64,000 nt of DNA from Octopus sinensis. Lineage: Eukaryota. Position 1 is the stretch's first letter. Every line of letters begins with the position of its first letter. The stretch lies in NCBI RefSeq assembly GCF_006345805.1, contig NC_043004.1, positions 92,566,001 to 92,630,000 on the forward strand, written 5' to 3'. A model generated the notes under the pieces. That model was not told the origin of the DNA. It saw only the letters and a list, made by a program, of their open reading frames with translations, and ran no database searches. Made by a program: the position numbers and the translations under genes. Shown here piece by piece: positions 27,090 to 41,130 of the stretch.

Positions 27090-27302
27090 ATTATCATTGT
27101 TGACCTCGTGAGCACCGCCAGCAATTTTTTTTCCTCTGTCTTCCCTTCTCGGGATCGTTCCTTCTCCTTTGTTTCCGACGAAGAGCTCCGCTCGAAACGT
27201 TAAACCCTCCTTCCTTTCTTTCCTGAGCGTCCAATAATACTTTATTTGTTCCACGTCTCGCGTTGCTGTGTTTTTTTGTATTTTCTTGTTTGGATTAACT
27301 AA
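27090..27302 (+). mobile_element. Penelope-like pLTR-type short element (family P2) with minimal hammerhead fold
   Basis: 27171-27205: GTTT-CCGACGA-A-GAGC-TCC-GCTC-GAAA-CGTT-AAAC. Shares TTCCTGAGCGT and TAATAC blocks with P1. Flanked by (TA)n on both sides. Confidence 0.65.
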
Positions 27303-27315
27303 CTATATATATATA

Positions 27316-27412
<97 letters not shown>

Positions 27413-27426
27413 CATATGTATGTATG

Positions 27427-27464
<38 letters not shown>

Positions 27465-27547
27465 GTATATAATATACATATAATTATATATTATATATGT
27501 ATGTATAATATATATATATATGTATGTTATATATTAGTATATATATA

Positions 27548-27578
<31 letters not shown>

Positions 27579-28272
27579 ATATAATATATATATATACATA
27601 CATCAACCCAGTAACAATAACAGTCAGAGCGTGTTATTTCAAAGTTAACTTTACAGAAACTCTATACATTAGAATTATGTTCCTTATGAAGATAATATAC
27701 CCAAGAATTTTTTCTATATCATTATTTTAAATCACCTTAGTGAATTATCTTTGCTCAAAATAGACATGTATTCTCTCAATCGTACCAAGGGCTAAGTACT
27801 GGTAAGATTATGCTTCACTGAAGAAGTTTAGTAGAACAGAACAGAAACATATCCACCGTACTTATCAAATATCAAACATTCCAGACACAAATATCAGAAT
27901 TCAACTGTATGTTACTATTTAATTTTTAAACAATTTGTATTTTAGCGTTAACTCCCCTTCCTTTCTTGAAAAAACACATCATTTACGTTGTGGATCTCTT
28001 CTGCTCAAAATGAGTGTAAATTTAAATGACAGAAATTGTATGGGGATGGAAGGACATAAAGCAATGTAGATTACATTTTACTATATATTAGTCTTATAAG
28101 ATTCTAAAAGATTCAAACAACAAACTTAAATATTGGGACAACTTTCTTGTGAGTTCCATGATTATAATTTCTCTCTCTAATATGCATTTTTGTGTGTATA
28201 CAGGTTTGTATGTGTATGTATATCCGTGAGCATGTGCGTGCGCTTGCTTGTGTGTGTGTGTGTGTGTGTATG

Positions 28273-28324
<52 letters not shown>

Positions 28325-28852
28325 CGTGACATATGAAAGAATCTTCCATCTAGAAGAAAATGTCAGCTTGACAAGTGAACTGAAATAATTGTCTTACCCT
28401 AATAGCAATTTTATTCGAATAACAAAGTTATATAACATAATTAGTTATATCGCTGGTGCAAACTACCTTGCCACACTGCTGTCTTTGTTGCTTTTCTCAC
28501 AACTCAGCCATGTGTGATTGAAATCTAATTCGGCAAACACACATACACACACACTCTCACACAGACCCTCACATACATAGTTATTTCTATATCCATATCT
28601 GTTATGTATACGCAGATACATGAATATAATTGTACGTGGAGATATAAAAGTAAATATATAGAGGTATGTATGTGTGTGTGTGTGTGTGTGTGTGTGAGCA
28701 GGCATGTAGGTATGAAAAAGTACAAGCATATGCATACATTCTTTTTATTTTGTCTTTTTATGATTTTCCTATCGCCCTCGCTTTGTCTCTGAAATTTCAT
28801 TCTGTCTCTTTTAGTGTGTGTATACAGGTATGTATATGTATGTATATGCGTG

Positions 28853-28898
<46 letters not shown>

Positions 28899-29357
28899 GT
28901 GTGTGTGTGTGTGTCTGTGTCTGTGTCTGTGTGAGTGTGAATATTATTATTGCTTGAAATTTCAATATAAATTTAGCAATGAGATTTGTTATGTCCGGCA
29001 TGTTATATTGTCCAGAAATATTTATAATGAAACATATTTGGAAACAGAGACCATTTTCAACGAGGAGGAATTGCTATAATTTAGCTTTATATATATAATA
29101 TATAATATATATATAATATATATTATATATATATATATATCTAATAATATATTAGGGAATAAATCCAACTTACAGGGAAATATCAATTTGTGTGGATATT
29201 AATTATCTTTTTTAATAATTGTTACATATTTAAATAATATAAATTAATCATATGTATTGGCTTAAGTCTTTCATGTGTTTGATTTGCCTAATATTGGTGG
29301 GTCTCTATTTAATTATAATATTATATATATATATATAGTTTTACATATATATATATA

Positions 29358-29473
29358 TCACGTGACCGACCAGACCATCAGATGTTGCTACACATCGCTG
29401 GTAACAATGCGTTCGCATTGTTTTAAGCCTTCGAATGACGCCAACCCGCCCCTCTGGCTAAGCGAGCAGGCCA

Positions 29474-29474
<1 letters not shown>
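29358..29474 (-). mobile_element. ~120 bp module (3' part of SINE family F) embedded in (TA)n
   Basis: Same ends as 12978-13095: TATA|TCACGTGACC...GCGAGCAGGCCAA|TATA. Confidence 0.8.
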
Positions 29475-29508
<34 letters not shown>

Positions 29509-29815
29509 ATATATATAATATAAATATAAAATGAGGAGGGGGTCTAATAGACATCTTTCTATATATATATATGTAGAAATATCAAAATTATTAAGTCTCT
29601 CTTGTGTGTATATACCTATATATATATGTATGTACATTTATAAATATATATATATATATGCATACATGTAAATTTATATGTATGTATATATACATATATA
29701 CATATATATGTGTGTATGTGTATATATATATATAAATAATGTGATAATAAATATGTATATATATGTATATCTGCATGATAGATACATACCTATATACATA
29801 TACACGTATGTATAT

Positions 29816-29846
<31 letters not shown>

Positions 29847-30119
29847 TAACTTAGATAAACTTAGATATGTTCGACCAAGATTGGTCAAGGCCATGTCTAA
29901 CTTAATAGCACCACCTGATAGGATTATTTGAATCCTGTTTAAGTCAAGTTTTGTTTATGGTCCATTCAAGTAGTGAGTTTTTGTTTGGGTGTGTTGTATC
30001 CATTATGGGGTGGTTATCTGGTATTCCTTGAAGGAATCTATCTCAAACCCCGTTATGCATGCATGTATAATATATATAATATATATAGATATACATATAT
30101 ATTATATTATATAATATAT

Positions 30120-30150
<31 letters not shown>

Positions 30151-32307
30151 GTTGTGTGTGTGTGTGTGTCTGTATGTATATATATAATATATATATATAC
30201 CAATATGTACATAAATATGTATATGCATTGATAGATACTACCTATATACATACTTCATACAACATACATACATAGATAAATACATACGTACATACATAAA
30301 TACATACATAATGAGATATAATAATGGACAAAATTAGAGATAATTATGTATTTATAACGCATATATACTTAATAGATCGGCTTCTGATATCTTCAAAGTT
30401 GGAAACTATCAAATACAATACACGTAACGCTGTAAACAATACCACGTTTGAGGATCCAGGCCAAATCTTTATAAGTGTCTATATACAAATTCGTGCATGT
30501 GTGTGTGGGGGGGGGTGTACATCAAATAAATTTATAATGTGTACAGCCGAAGCTAGTACAAGGAACATCAAATATTAATGGGAAAAAATAAAAAGAATAA
30601 TTTGTATATGTTAACTTGTGTTAGTTGAGTGATGATAGCTATGTATCTTTTGAGACGTTACCTGCTAAAGGTAACCGTTAGCATACTTTCTAAGCGCAGT
30701 ATACGCCAATTATTTAAATTTCATTAGGACGAGACAAACATCTATTCTCTATGTACATATTACGATACTGGAATTAATAACAAATGACAAAAACGAGACA
30801 CACTACAGGATATGATGACAAAACCTCTGTCTTTTGTACTTTGAGTTTTACAGCAACTCCAGAAATAGATTCATTGATAGCACACACAATTTGCTTGAGA
30901 AATTTAATACGTTGTTTTCTGTCCAGGAAAAATATTCTGAAATGTTATGATAAAACAGTGGATAGCTTGTTATGGCTTCTCATAATTAAGATAAGATATC
31001 TTCTTTTCTTTTTCTTTCAAAGGCTGCTAGAATCTAAAAACAAATTGTTCTTTAATCACTTTACATAGTTCAATTAGAAACTTGCAGATTGGAAGTCTGG
31101 TACCTACATATCTCATGTATATTTTTTAATCTAATCGGTGACCTGCACAAGGCATACCCACTATAGATATACTATTAATACGTAAAATGTTTTTTTTATA
31201 ATTGGATACTAATTTTAAAATGTGCCTTTAATACACTTTAATACACTTTAGTTTTTTATTTAATCTTTAGCTTCGTTCTTTCGGGTTTGTTAAGTACAAT
31301 GCCAAGTGAACCAATGTAATTGAAAGTGTTTTACACTTCACAATTGCTGCTGTCTATAAAGGTGAATGTATTTTATTTTGAAGATCTCATTCCTTCCAGG
31401 CTGTTGAAACCTAGTGTAGATCAGCGATGTGCATGCATACTTAAAGTGTGCATTTGTTAAAGTCTTCTAAATTGCGGTATTCGTCTTAAGAAATTATGCT
31501 TTAAAGACAAAGTGTTAAAAATACAGAAAATTATCCGCAGCATTAGTGGTCGCCCAGCGTTGGTGGTGACAAACAGTGAAAGAAATTTCGTACTGTTCAT
31601 ACTCTTGAATTACAAAGTAAATACAAGTTAAGAAGATATTCGCCTGGTTTGTCTTAGTGTAATTACATATTTAACTATATTCGTGAATAATAGCCTTCGT
31701 TGGATAAGTGAATTCAAAGAGAGATTCGGGAAGCCACTTAGAGGGGTCAATGAATTTTCAGGAGAGCCAAAGAACATGGGTACATGACCTTTATACTCTG
31801 TCACCAGAAGTGTGTTCCATCTTATGATGACCGAATGCAGAAAGATTTTAGCCAATATGTCTCAGAATCTGGCTCGGTGGAAGATCTGCAGTTGTGAAAG
31901 GGCTAGTCTTCGAGCAACGACGTCTTTCATACTACAATTGTAGAGTAGCTTTGAATTATTTCAACTGTTGATAATAAAGCTCAACTTTATTAGCTGCAAT
32001 GACCAACTTATCAATTAAAACCTACATGTTTTCTATCATCTTTTGTTAAAATGATGCAGGAGATAAGAGAACGCTCGACGTTTTTTTATTTATGAAATAG
32101 TATAGTCTGAATAGCGAGAGAAGTTTTATTGTATATCATGGTAAGGTCAAGTGAGTCTTTCACAATTCGAAGTAACAAGATAGACAATTTCCACAGACAT
32201 ACACAATATACTCCCGAACGTGCGCGCACATGCACACACACGCACACACATACACACATACACATACATGCATCCATACATCCACCCATACATAATGCAT
32301 TTACATA

Positions 32308-32340
<33 letters not shown>

Positions 32341-33279
32341 ATGTGTGTGTCACTCAAATATATATACATATATATGTATTTTTCATCTGTGTGTATATGT
32401 GTGTGTATGCGTGTGTTTGTGTGTATGTCTTAAAGATGCTTTGACAAGATACTTTATCAAATCTTTCAACGACATATTAGTATCTTAGAGGTGAGTTGTC
32501 GATTGTTCAAACGAAGAATGGTGTTATTCTTCTTCAGCTTCACCTAGAAAGACACTAGAAATTGTAATCAGACAAAATGACACGATTCCTTTTATTCACA
32601 AGACTGTGAGGAATAATTTGATATATGCAACAGATTTCATAGAATCTACAATTTTATTGTAGCTAACCCAGCCATTACGCTTCTTTCCTCCTTCTCTTTC
32701 TCTCTCTCTCTCTCTTTCTTTACTTTCTTTGTCTTCCTCTCTTCCGTTCTGATTACAGGCTTAGAATATTCCTTACTTAGAGTTCTTCTCATCGATCCTG
32801 TCCAAAATAAAATGAAGGTCGTTTGGGATTTATTGTTCAACTTAGTCTTCGTTCATCAATTCGTCAATTATTGAGCCTACACCAACTCTTAGTTCGTTTC
32901 CTTAAATTCATCTTGTTTTTTGTTGTTCTTTCTCTTTCGTTTTTTATTTGCTTCTGTACGTCTCTTTAGAGAGACATAGAGTCAGAATGGTATATAAAAG
33001 AAATTGTTATACTATTTTGTGAAACTGAGTTTCGTTTAAAAACACACTTAACGTTTAACAGGGAAACAAAGGTAAAAGAAGAGAAATCAATGCTAATGAT
33101 ATTTTTGTGTTTTTAATATATTACATATAAATGTAATTTTAAAATACAACTGTCATTTTCAAATTTTATTATTATTTTAAAATATAATTGCCAAATTTTT
33201 TTAAATGCAGATACGAAAAGCCGCTTGAAAATACAATTAGTGATTGCGCAATATGAAAAGGAAATGTAGCAATTGTTTC

Positions 33280-33351
33280 ATATACATACATACATATACA
33301 TACATACACACATACATACATACATACATACATACATACATACATACATAC

Positions 33352-33382
<31 letters not shown>

Positions 33383-33391
33383 CATACATAC

Positions 33392-33422
<31 letters not shown>

Positions 33423-33476
33423 CATACATACATACATACTTACTTACTTACATACATACGTACATACATACATACA

Positions 33477-33508
<32 letters not shown>

Positions 33509-33530
33509 CATACATACATACATACATACA
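33280..33530. repeat. (TACA)n microsatellite
   Basis: Direct reading. Confidence 0.95.
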
Positions 33531-33870
33531 TATGTGTGAGATTGTGTGTGTGTGTGCGTTTTTGTGTGTGTATGTATGAGTGAAAGGATATCATTTTCAA
33601 ATACAAAAAGCATTTATAAAGTACAACTATTCTAAAATAAAATTGCGAAGTGTTTTAAAATGCAGTTATAGATCGTAGAAATACATTTATCGTTTTAGAA
33701 TTCGATGCCTCCAGCGCTATTCATCTTAGCAATTTCTGGCCAAATTGTTTGCCAGTGTGCTTATCTCGCTGTCACTTCTTACTGGGAATTGATATTAATA
33801 TGAAGAAAATGTTTACTATTGGAGAAAAGTACCTTGTATGCAGCCGAGTGCCTTGTACGTTGGCGAGTGA

Positions 33871-33952
<82 letters not shown>

Positions 33953-34341
33953 GATATATATATATATATACATACACAGATATATATAATATATACATAT
34001 AAATTGAAAATATAGTCATTAAAATCATTATATCAGTGGCTAGCGTATAAAAAACCCCCCACCCAAAAATTAATTTTTAAGTATATAATTATTAAAATAT
34101 AATTATAATTAAGGGCGCTGAAGTGCCAAAGCCTATACATATAGTTCTAGCGTATAGGCGTTGGCCCTCAAATACAATTATATTTTTATAATTATATACT
34201 TATAAATATATGTATATACACTTACATACATATATATGTATATGTATGCACATATTAATGTGTATATAGATAGATAGATAGATAGATAGACACACACACG
34301 TATGTATGTTTATATATATATGCGTATGTGTGTGTGTTTGT

Positions 34342-34372
<31 letters not shown>

Positions 34373-34387
34373 GTATGTATATATATA

Positions 34388-34432
<45 letters not shown>

Positions 34433-34474
34433 ATATATATATATATATATGTATGATATATATATATATATATG

Positions 34475-34535
<61 letters not shown>

Positions 34536-34819
34536 ATATGGTGTCAACAAATACGAGATTGATCAGAGATCGGAGACTTTAGAAATGGAAGTCGAAATAA
34601 AATACATAATGCGTGTGTTTCAGACAGGCTTTCTATTATTTATTCATCAGTGTTGTCAGAAAACTTAGGTGGGATTATCACGCTCTCTTCTAAAAATCAT
34701 TAACTAGACAAGGATTGTCAGATAAGACGTCAGAATATATATTCGATGGACACATGCTTATAGATGTAACAATTTATGTATTTATTTATCTATTTACTTG
34801 CTTATTTGCCGGCTGATAA

Positions 34820-34975
34820 GTGGGAAAAGCATGGCCGTATGGTTAAGAAGTTTGCTTCGCAACCACAGGTTTCTAAGTTCAACCTCAATGTATGGCATCT
34901 TATATTTGACAAATATCTTCTGACAGGATTTCGGTAGCAGGATACGATGCGAAAGCTCGTTATATTTCATATATG
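34820..34975 (+). mobile_element. SINE family D 5' (tRNA-head) fragment
   Basis: GCATGGCCGTATGGTTAAGAAGTTTGCTTCGCAACCACAGGTTTCTAAGTTCAACCTC, homologous to the head at 17870-17949. Confidence 0.6.
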
Positions 34976-34989
34976 ACTGTTGGTTACAC

Positions 34990-35180
34990 TGCGTTTCTAT
35001 ATCTTCAGTTTGGATTCTCTTATTTTTTTATTCTGTCTTTCAGAAAAAGATCGTACCGTCGAAACGTTAAAAACATTTCCTTCTGATCTTTTTTTTTTTT
35101 TTCATTTCCTGGACGTCAAGCTAATACCACTCTATGGTATTTATTTTTAATTCGTCTTTGAGTTGCTATTTCCGTCACCT
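34990..35180 (+). mobile_element. Degenerate P1/P2-type element
   Basis: CTTTCAGAAAAAGATCGTACCGTCGAAACGTTAAAAAC...TTTCCTGGACGTCAAGCTAATAC aligns by eye to P1/P2. Confidence 0.4.
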
Positions 35181-35356
35181 TTGTATCATATATGTGTACG
35201 TGTTTCTGTATGCGTGCGTATGCGCGTGTATGTCTATTTACGTATTTCCTTAATTTGGTTTTAAAAACAAAAGAACTTTTCATGACCTAAATATTTTTTT
35301 TTTTAGTTTGCTTCTTTGTCATAATACAACTTTACTATTATCAATATTTTCCCACA

Positions 35357-35557
35357 ACCAGTCGTTAGCACGTCGGTCAAACTACTTAGCAGCATTTCGT
35401 TTGTCTTTACGTTCTGAGTTCAAATTCCGCCGTGGTCGACTTTGCCTTTCATCCTGTTTTGGTCGATGATATAAATATCAGTTGAACACTGGGGTTCAAT
35501 ATAATCGACTTACCCCTTAACCGAATAAACTGACCTTGTGTCAAAATTTGAAATCAA
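35357..35557 (+). mobile_element. SINE family A, short tail
   Basis: GTTCTGAGTTCAAATTCCGCCGTGGTCGACTTTGCCTTTCATCC...CCTTGTGTCAAAATTTGAAATC. Confidence 0.85.
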
Positions 35558-35569
35558 TATTTTTTTATA

Positions 35570-35707
35570 ACAGAATCGTTAGACTTCCCGATAAAATGCT
35601 TAGCTTTTCGGGGTCGATAAAATAAGTACTAGTAGAGCTCTGGGGTTGATGTAATTATCTTACTCTACCCTTGAATTTACTGGTCTTGTGCTAAAATTTA
35701 AACCAAT
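35570..35707 (+). mobile_element. SINE family A with internal deletion of the B-box region
   Basis: CAGAATCGTTAG...AATGCTTAGC joins directly to TTTTCGGGGTCGATAAAATAAGTAC. Confidence 0.7.
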
Positions 35708-36179
35708 ATTTCTTACGGATTACAGAAAGATGAGGATGAGGAATCAAAAATTGCAGTGCGTCCGACTAAATAAGCATTTAGTCTGTAACAAAATTAAAAC
35801 CTCGTTGATGGTACTCTTCTTTAGTCCCTTAGTCCTCGACCAAATTAGATACGCTCACTATTTCACTATACTTTATAATCAAGTGATCTATTATACACTA
35901 CAAACGGCCAAATTCCATCTATTATTCGAATGGGCACGTTACAGCGCCGAGCTAAATAGCTTAAAGAATTTAATCACATTCTTTTAAACTTCTGCGTTTG
36001 TTTTCAGTAAACTGGGAAGAATAAAATAATTGTCGTTCAAGTATAAAATGGAACGGATGATGAAATCGACTCCTCTACCTGACTACTAAGTTATGGAATT
36101 GAGTGAAGAAAGTAAGTTGAAAGGCCTAAGTTGACTCAGGTGAGATTTGTACTCAAGACATAAAAATAAGCAAAGGAAA

Positions 36180-36400
36180 TACCTATTTCTTTACTACCCA
36201 CAAGGGGCTAAACACATAGAGGACAAACAAGAACAGACAAACGTATTAAGTCGATTATATCGACTCCAGTGCGTAACTGGTCCTTAATTTATCAAAAAGA
36301 TGAAAGGCAAAATCGACCTCGGCGGAATTTGAACTCGAATCGTAGCGGCAGACGAAATACCGCTAAGCATTGCATCCGTTGTACCACCGATTGTGCCAGG
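36180..36400 (-). mobile_element. SINE family A, long-tail variant
   Basis: Homolog of 1591-1822 including the tail ...TTTAGCCCCTTGTGGGTAGTAAAGAAATAGGT. Confidence 0.85.
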
Positions 36401-36990
36401 TGTAACACAGACCGTTATATGACAAATGTGAAAAGGAGGAGGCTTATTGTCGGTTAAATCAAATTCAGTATTTCGCTGTTTCTTTACTAAATCAACCAGG
36501 AAAAGACGAAAGTCAGCCCGAAAATGAGATGTTAACGCTGTCGATGATGGTGATGATGGTGATGATGATAATGATGATGACGACGAAGGCGACGACGGAG
36601 ATGATATATTTTGATATCATGCTATTGTATTTTAGATATTTATTTTTTATTTAATGTATATGTTGGCCAATATGTCGCCAATAACATTACACTGGATCAA
36701 TGAGGCATAATGCAAATGATATGAATAACCTAAGGATTGATAATGAAGATAATTATCATGATGGTGACGATGATAACGATGATGATGATGATGATGATGA
36801 TGGCAGCGACGACGATGTCAGCTATGATTATGACCAAGATGACGATGATGACGACGACGGAGTGTGTGCTGATACTTTGACTTAGGAAACTTAGGGAGTG
36901 CATTTAATTTACTGGGTCTAGTATCGCCATTTCCATTGTAATATATTGAATTACCGTTGTTGGTCGACCTTTAATATTATAAAATATCAG

Positions 36991-37186
36991 AAGGCAACGA
37001 GCTGGCAGAATTGTTGGCACGCCGGAAAAAATGCTTAGCGGTATTTCGTCCGGCCTTAGGTTCTGTGTTCAAATTCCTCCGAGGTCGTCTTTGCCTTTCA
37101 TCCTTGCGGATGTTACGCACTGGAGTCGATGTAATCGACTTAATCTCTTCCCCCAAATTTGAGGCCTTGTGCTTCCAGTAGAAAAG
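36991..37186 (+). mobile_element. SINE family A, short tail followed by (ATT)n
   Basis: AAGGCAACGAGCTGGCAGAATTGTTGGCACGCCGG head through GGCCTTGTGCTTCCAGTAGAAAAG. Confidence 0.85.
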
Positions 37187-37202
37187 ATTATTATTATTAT
37201 TA

Positions 37203-37265
<63 letters not shown>

Positions 37266-37271
<6 letters not shown>

Positions 37272-38188
37272 CAGTTATTTTTGGAACTCCTGGAGCTTTG
37301 CATGTGTAGCGGGCTTGCTACCTGCAGCCAACGGTCCCATGTTATTCGTTCATTTCGGCTATCTAATACTTTCCGGATTATTCTGGTCGCGTCTTGGAGG
37401 CAAGCCTTTTGTAACAATTCTACTGGGCACTCTATTCCATTTTCCTTGATATTCCTTTTGATGCCATCTGATACTGTCCCCAAGGACCCAAGAATAATTG
37501 GCACTATCTTTACCGTCCATATTTTCCATAACCGAGCTATCTCGTACTTAAGAGGGTTGTATCAATCTACCTTTTCACCTGCCTTCTGACTATTTGTGGT
37601 TCGAAGGGGCGTGCAACATCAACTATATAGCACTTATAGTGCATCTTGTTGATCGACACTAGGTCCGGTCTGTTATGCTCTAGCGTCTAATCTGTTTGGA
37701 TTGGGAAATCCCAGAGGACTTTTCTAGTCTCCGACTCTGTCACTCTCTCTGGTTTGTGTTCATACCACATCTTGCCCCTCTATAGCACCCACTTTTCGTA
37801 CAGTTTACAAAGTAGTACTTTCGCTACCTGATCATACCGCCATAAGGTGTAATGGTTTTTGACAAGTCTAGGGCATTCGTTTTGTGATATGGGCAATGGT
37901 TTCATCCACTCTATTAAAGATTCAGCACAGCGGAGACACTTGCTCATTCCAAAGGTTCACCGTCAAAGCTTGGTCTTGTGCTGCCAGCAAAATGCTCTCG
38001 TTCTCTTATTTTAGTGTCACTTTCTTCAACCAATCTCACCTATTTTTTCCAGCAACTTCTGTTTTGGCTACATGGAATACCTTGAGTAGTCCCTTCTTGC
38101 GTCATTTTTCTTCGTGTCCTTTTTGTACTTCTTCCTTCGTTTCACCTTTTTTCTCTGCTTTCAATACTTCCTTGTTCCTAACTGATAC
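37266..38188 (-). mobile_element. R4/Dong-clade non-LTR retrotransposon, 3' fragment (CCHC knuckle plus restriction-like endonuclease)
   Basis: Minus-strand translation across stops and frameshifts: WLKKVTLK...ILLAAQDQAL...SPLC...DETIAHI..ECPRL...WYEHKPERV...KVLWDFPIQTD..LEHNRPDLV...YIVDVARP...PIILGSLGTV...ELLQKACL..ATRIIRKVLD. The 3' end reads TAACTGTGATAG(TAA)n. Confidence 0.9.
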
Positions 38189-38210
38189 TATATATACATA
38201 CATATATATA

Positions 38211-38295
<85 letters not shown>

Positions 38296-38330
38296 GAGTG
38301 TGGTCCTTTCGGATCTATGTTTTCTACAAA

Positions 38331-38374
<44 letters not shown>

Positions 38375-38589
38375 TTGGAATTGGAAACTTCACGGGCTAT
38401 TAGCGTAAATTTCTCCTTTATTGGGATGTAGTCCCAAGATCGCAAATAGAAGCGTGTGAAGTAGTGTTCTGTGGAGTTTCAGCTGTCAATAAAATAAGTT
38501 ATATAACTATTTTATTGTCGAGTACTTTCCTCCCCTTCTTACTCACACATGCGTGCTTCTATCTGTATATACATATGCATGCATATATA

Positions 38590-38632
<43 letters not shown>

Positions 38633-38948
38633 GTGTGTGTGTGTGTAAATATACGTTGGTATATATTGATAGATGATAAAAATATACTTCTATATATGTA
38701 TGCGTATATGAAAACATATTGCTTTGATAATTTTTTATTCAGAAAATCACTACAGACATTTTATTTTAATTGATTGATTCCTGTTTTTATCTATATCTTA
38801 TATATTCAATGTAGTCTAAATTTGAATGTATTTTTTCGCTTTGGTCATCGAATCTAGCGAAAATAGAATTTAACGGAAACAGCTGACATATTGTAAGAGG
38901 CAAAAATATATTCGTTGTAGAAGCCGTTAGACATTTACTAATGACAGC

Positions 38949-39065
<117 letters not shown>

Positions 39066-40989
39066 ATGGATGGATGGATGGATGGAGAAGGAGGGAGGGT
39101 GGAGTAAAGTACATGGATAGATTGATAAATAAATATATAGACAGAGTCTGATGGTGATTGAAAGACCGTTGTGACCATCAAACCGTGAATAATCAAACCA
39201 CGTTCTTGAAATGTGTATAAATTACACGTCCTAAAGACTTCTAACTTTGATTTAAAGAACATGGGCTTTATGCGCAGATTTACACACAAAAATCTCTCAG
39301 ATATTTTTTAGCGTTCACGACATAGACCATAGTTTTTAAGTATCGCTTAAATGCCTATTGTTTGCAGATACTCATTGAATATACTGCAGCCTTTAAATGT
39401 TGAAATCTTGTATATGCTATATAGATGACACTTTTTCAGTCATCCACAAACATTCGTTGTTAAACAGCGACCTCTAGATAAACAGTAACATTTAGTCATT
39501 GACTAAATGACCATATCATTATAGAAGTCTTTATGCGTTAGATATCATGTAGATATATAGCAGCGTTCAGGCATTGAATAGATATATCACATGATTTAAG
39601 CGTTTTAGGCAGACTACAAACTTCAGATCATGACACAGTGACACTACAACTTTTATAAATTTTTCACAATAAAATGAATGAGATGAAAGGAATGAATGAG
39701 AAGAGTAGTTGTTCGTTTTCGATTCATCTTCTGTTCCTTGTTACAAGTTTGTATTGGACGCAACTTTGAAGGAAAAATAACACGGTAACATCGGAAAGTT
39801 CTAATAGTGTGTGTGTAAAGAGTTTAGCAAGAATATTACTGTGAAAATGAGAGTGTGCTCGTCTTAGGGTTAGACAGTTCCTTCTATAGTTGAGGATTTT
39901 GACAGTTGTAACTATGCTGACCCTACCGAGTGACAGAGTTGCCGGGTGTTATGCTTCGCTGCTCTATCATTCTCCATTTGTGATTGTCCGTTTAACCGTA
40001 TCATTCGCTCTGGAAGAAAGCTGAGTGGACATATCAGTGGTAACGTCATCATTCGAACATCCGGTAGTTATATGTTTATATATAACTTTATTGGCCATAT
40101 TTTTGCTGACGTCATTACTCAGTCTGCCAAAACTCCGATTGTTGTTGTTTACAAAGAATTATATAATTCAAAAAAAGAAGGTGGTGTTGGAATCGACATA
40201 TAGACCAACGTTATACGTTGAAAGGGAAACGACTATTGTAAGGAGTTAACTATATAGAACACCTTGTTTAGATTTTAAGCAGCCCATTACCTTTAGACAT
40301 TGACTTGATGGACTACAGAGTTCACCAAAAAGACCATAGACTTTCTGTTGCATACATGTCGGGTATAAAGAGCATAGACAGCAACGTTCATACATAAATT
40401 TGTTAGGACATGCTCAGTAAATGTTGGCTATGTAGACAACAGTCTTTTGACACGGCTTCAGATTATTCATTTGCATGTTCACTTTATAGGCCCATTGTGT
40501 TTTCACACAGATTTGTTAGGCCACAGATTTACACGTTACGTTCATTTATTAGAGGTATTAATAGGTTGATCTGATAAACCACTATATTAACCTTTGAGTT
40601 CATAGCCTTTAGACTTTAGACTTTAATTGAAAGAGAGCTGTCTTCGGATGTCTATTTAGTACATAAGAATTTTAGACATTTGTTCTATAGACCTCAGTCT
40701 TTCGGTCGCTAATTTGGGGATATACTTCATTCTGAAGAGACTAAAGTTAATTACTGACTAATAACTCAGTAAAAGAGACCGGAGTTTTTTTTTTATTTAC
40801 TAATAACCTAGCAATACCGTCGGGTACCTGATCTTTGGATTTACATCTACCCACATTCCTTGTAAAAAAGAAAATTTAGTTCTCCCTCTACTGGTCTTTC
40901 TTTAGGACATCCCCGTAAGCCGAAGTAATACAGCAAGTGGAATTACTTAATTACTTATATTTATATATATTTTTTAAATCCGGTTTCTT

Positions 40990-41130
40990 GGCGGCCTATG
41001 GGTACACGAGATTCTTAACAGCCACTCGGAAGGCCTGTACAACGATGGAGAGACGATTTAGTTAAAAGATTTGGGTCAACATGAAAAAGAAAGGTTCAAT
41101 CAAAAAAGAACTGGAAGTGCATTGTGACCA
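40990..41130 (+). mobile_element. RTE-clade LINE C-terminal remnant
   Basis: PLGRPVQRWRDDLVKRFGST*KRKVQSKKNWK resembles the RTE GRP..RW.DD...W motif. Confidence 0.55.

Noticed and set aside
31628-31960. GC-elevated segment, possible exon
   Set aside because: All frames close within ~30-75 codons with no consistent acceptor-donor pair or known motif.
39946-40249. Overlapping 85 aa and 74 aa ORFs, and a protein-like minus frame
   Set aside because: No usable splice sites or recognisable family, and near-cognate starts only.
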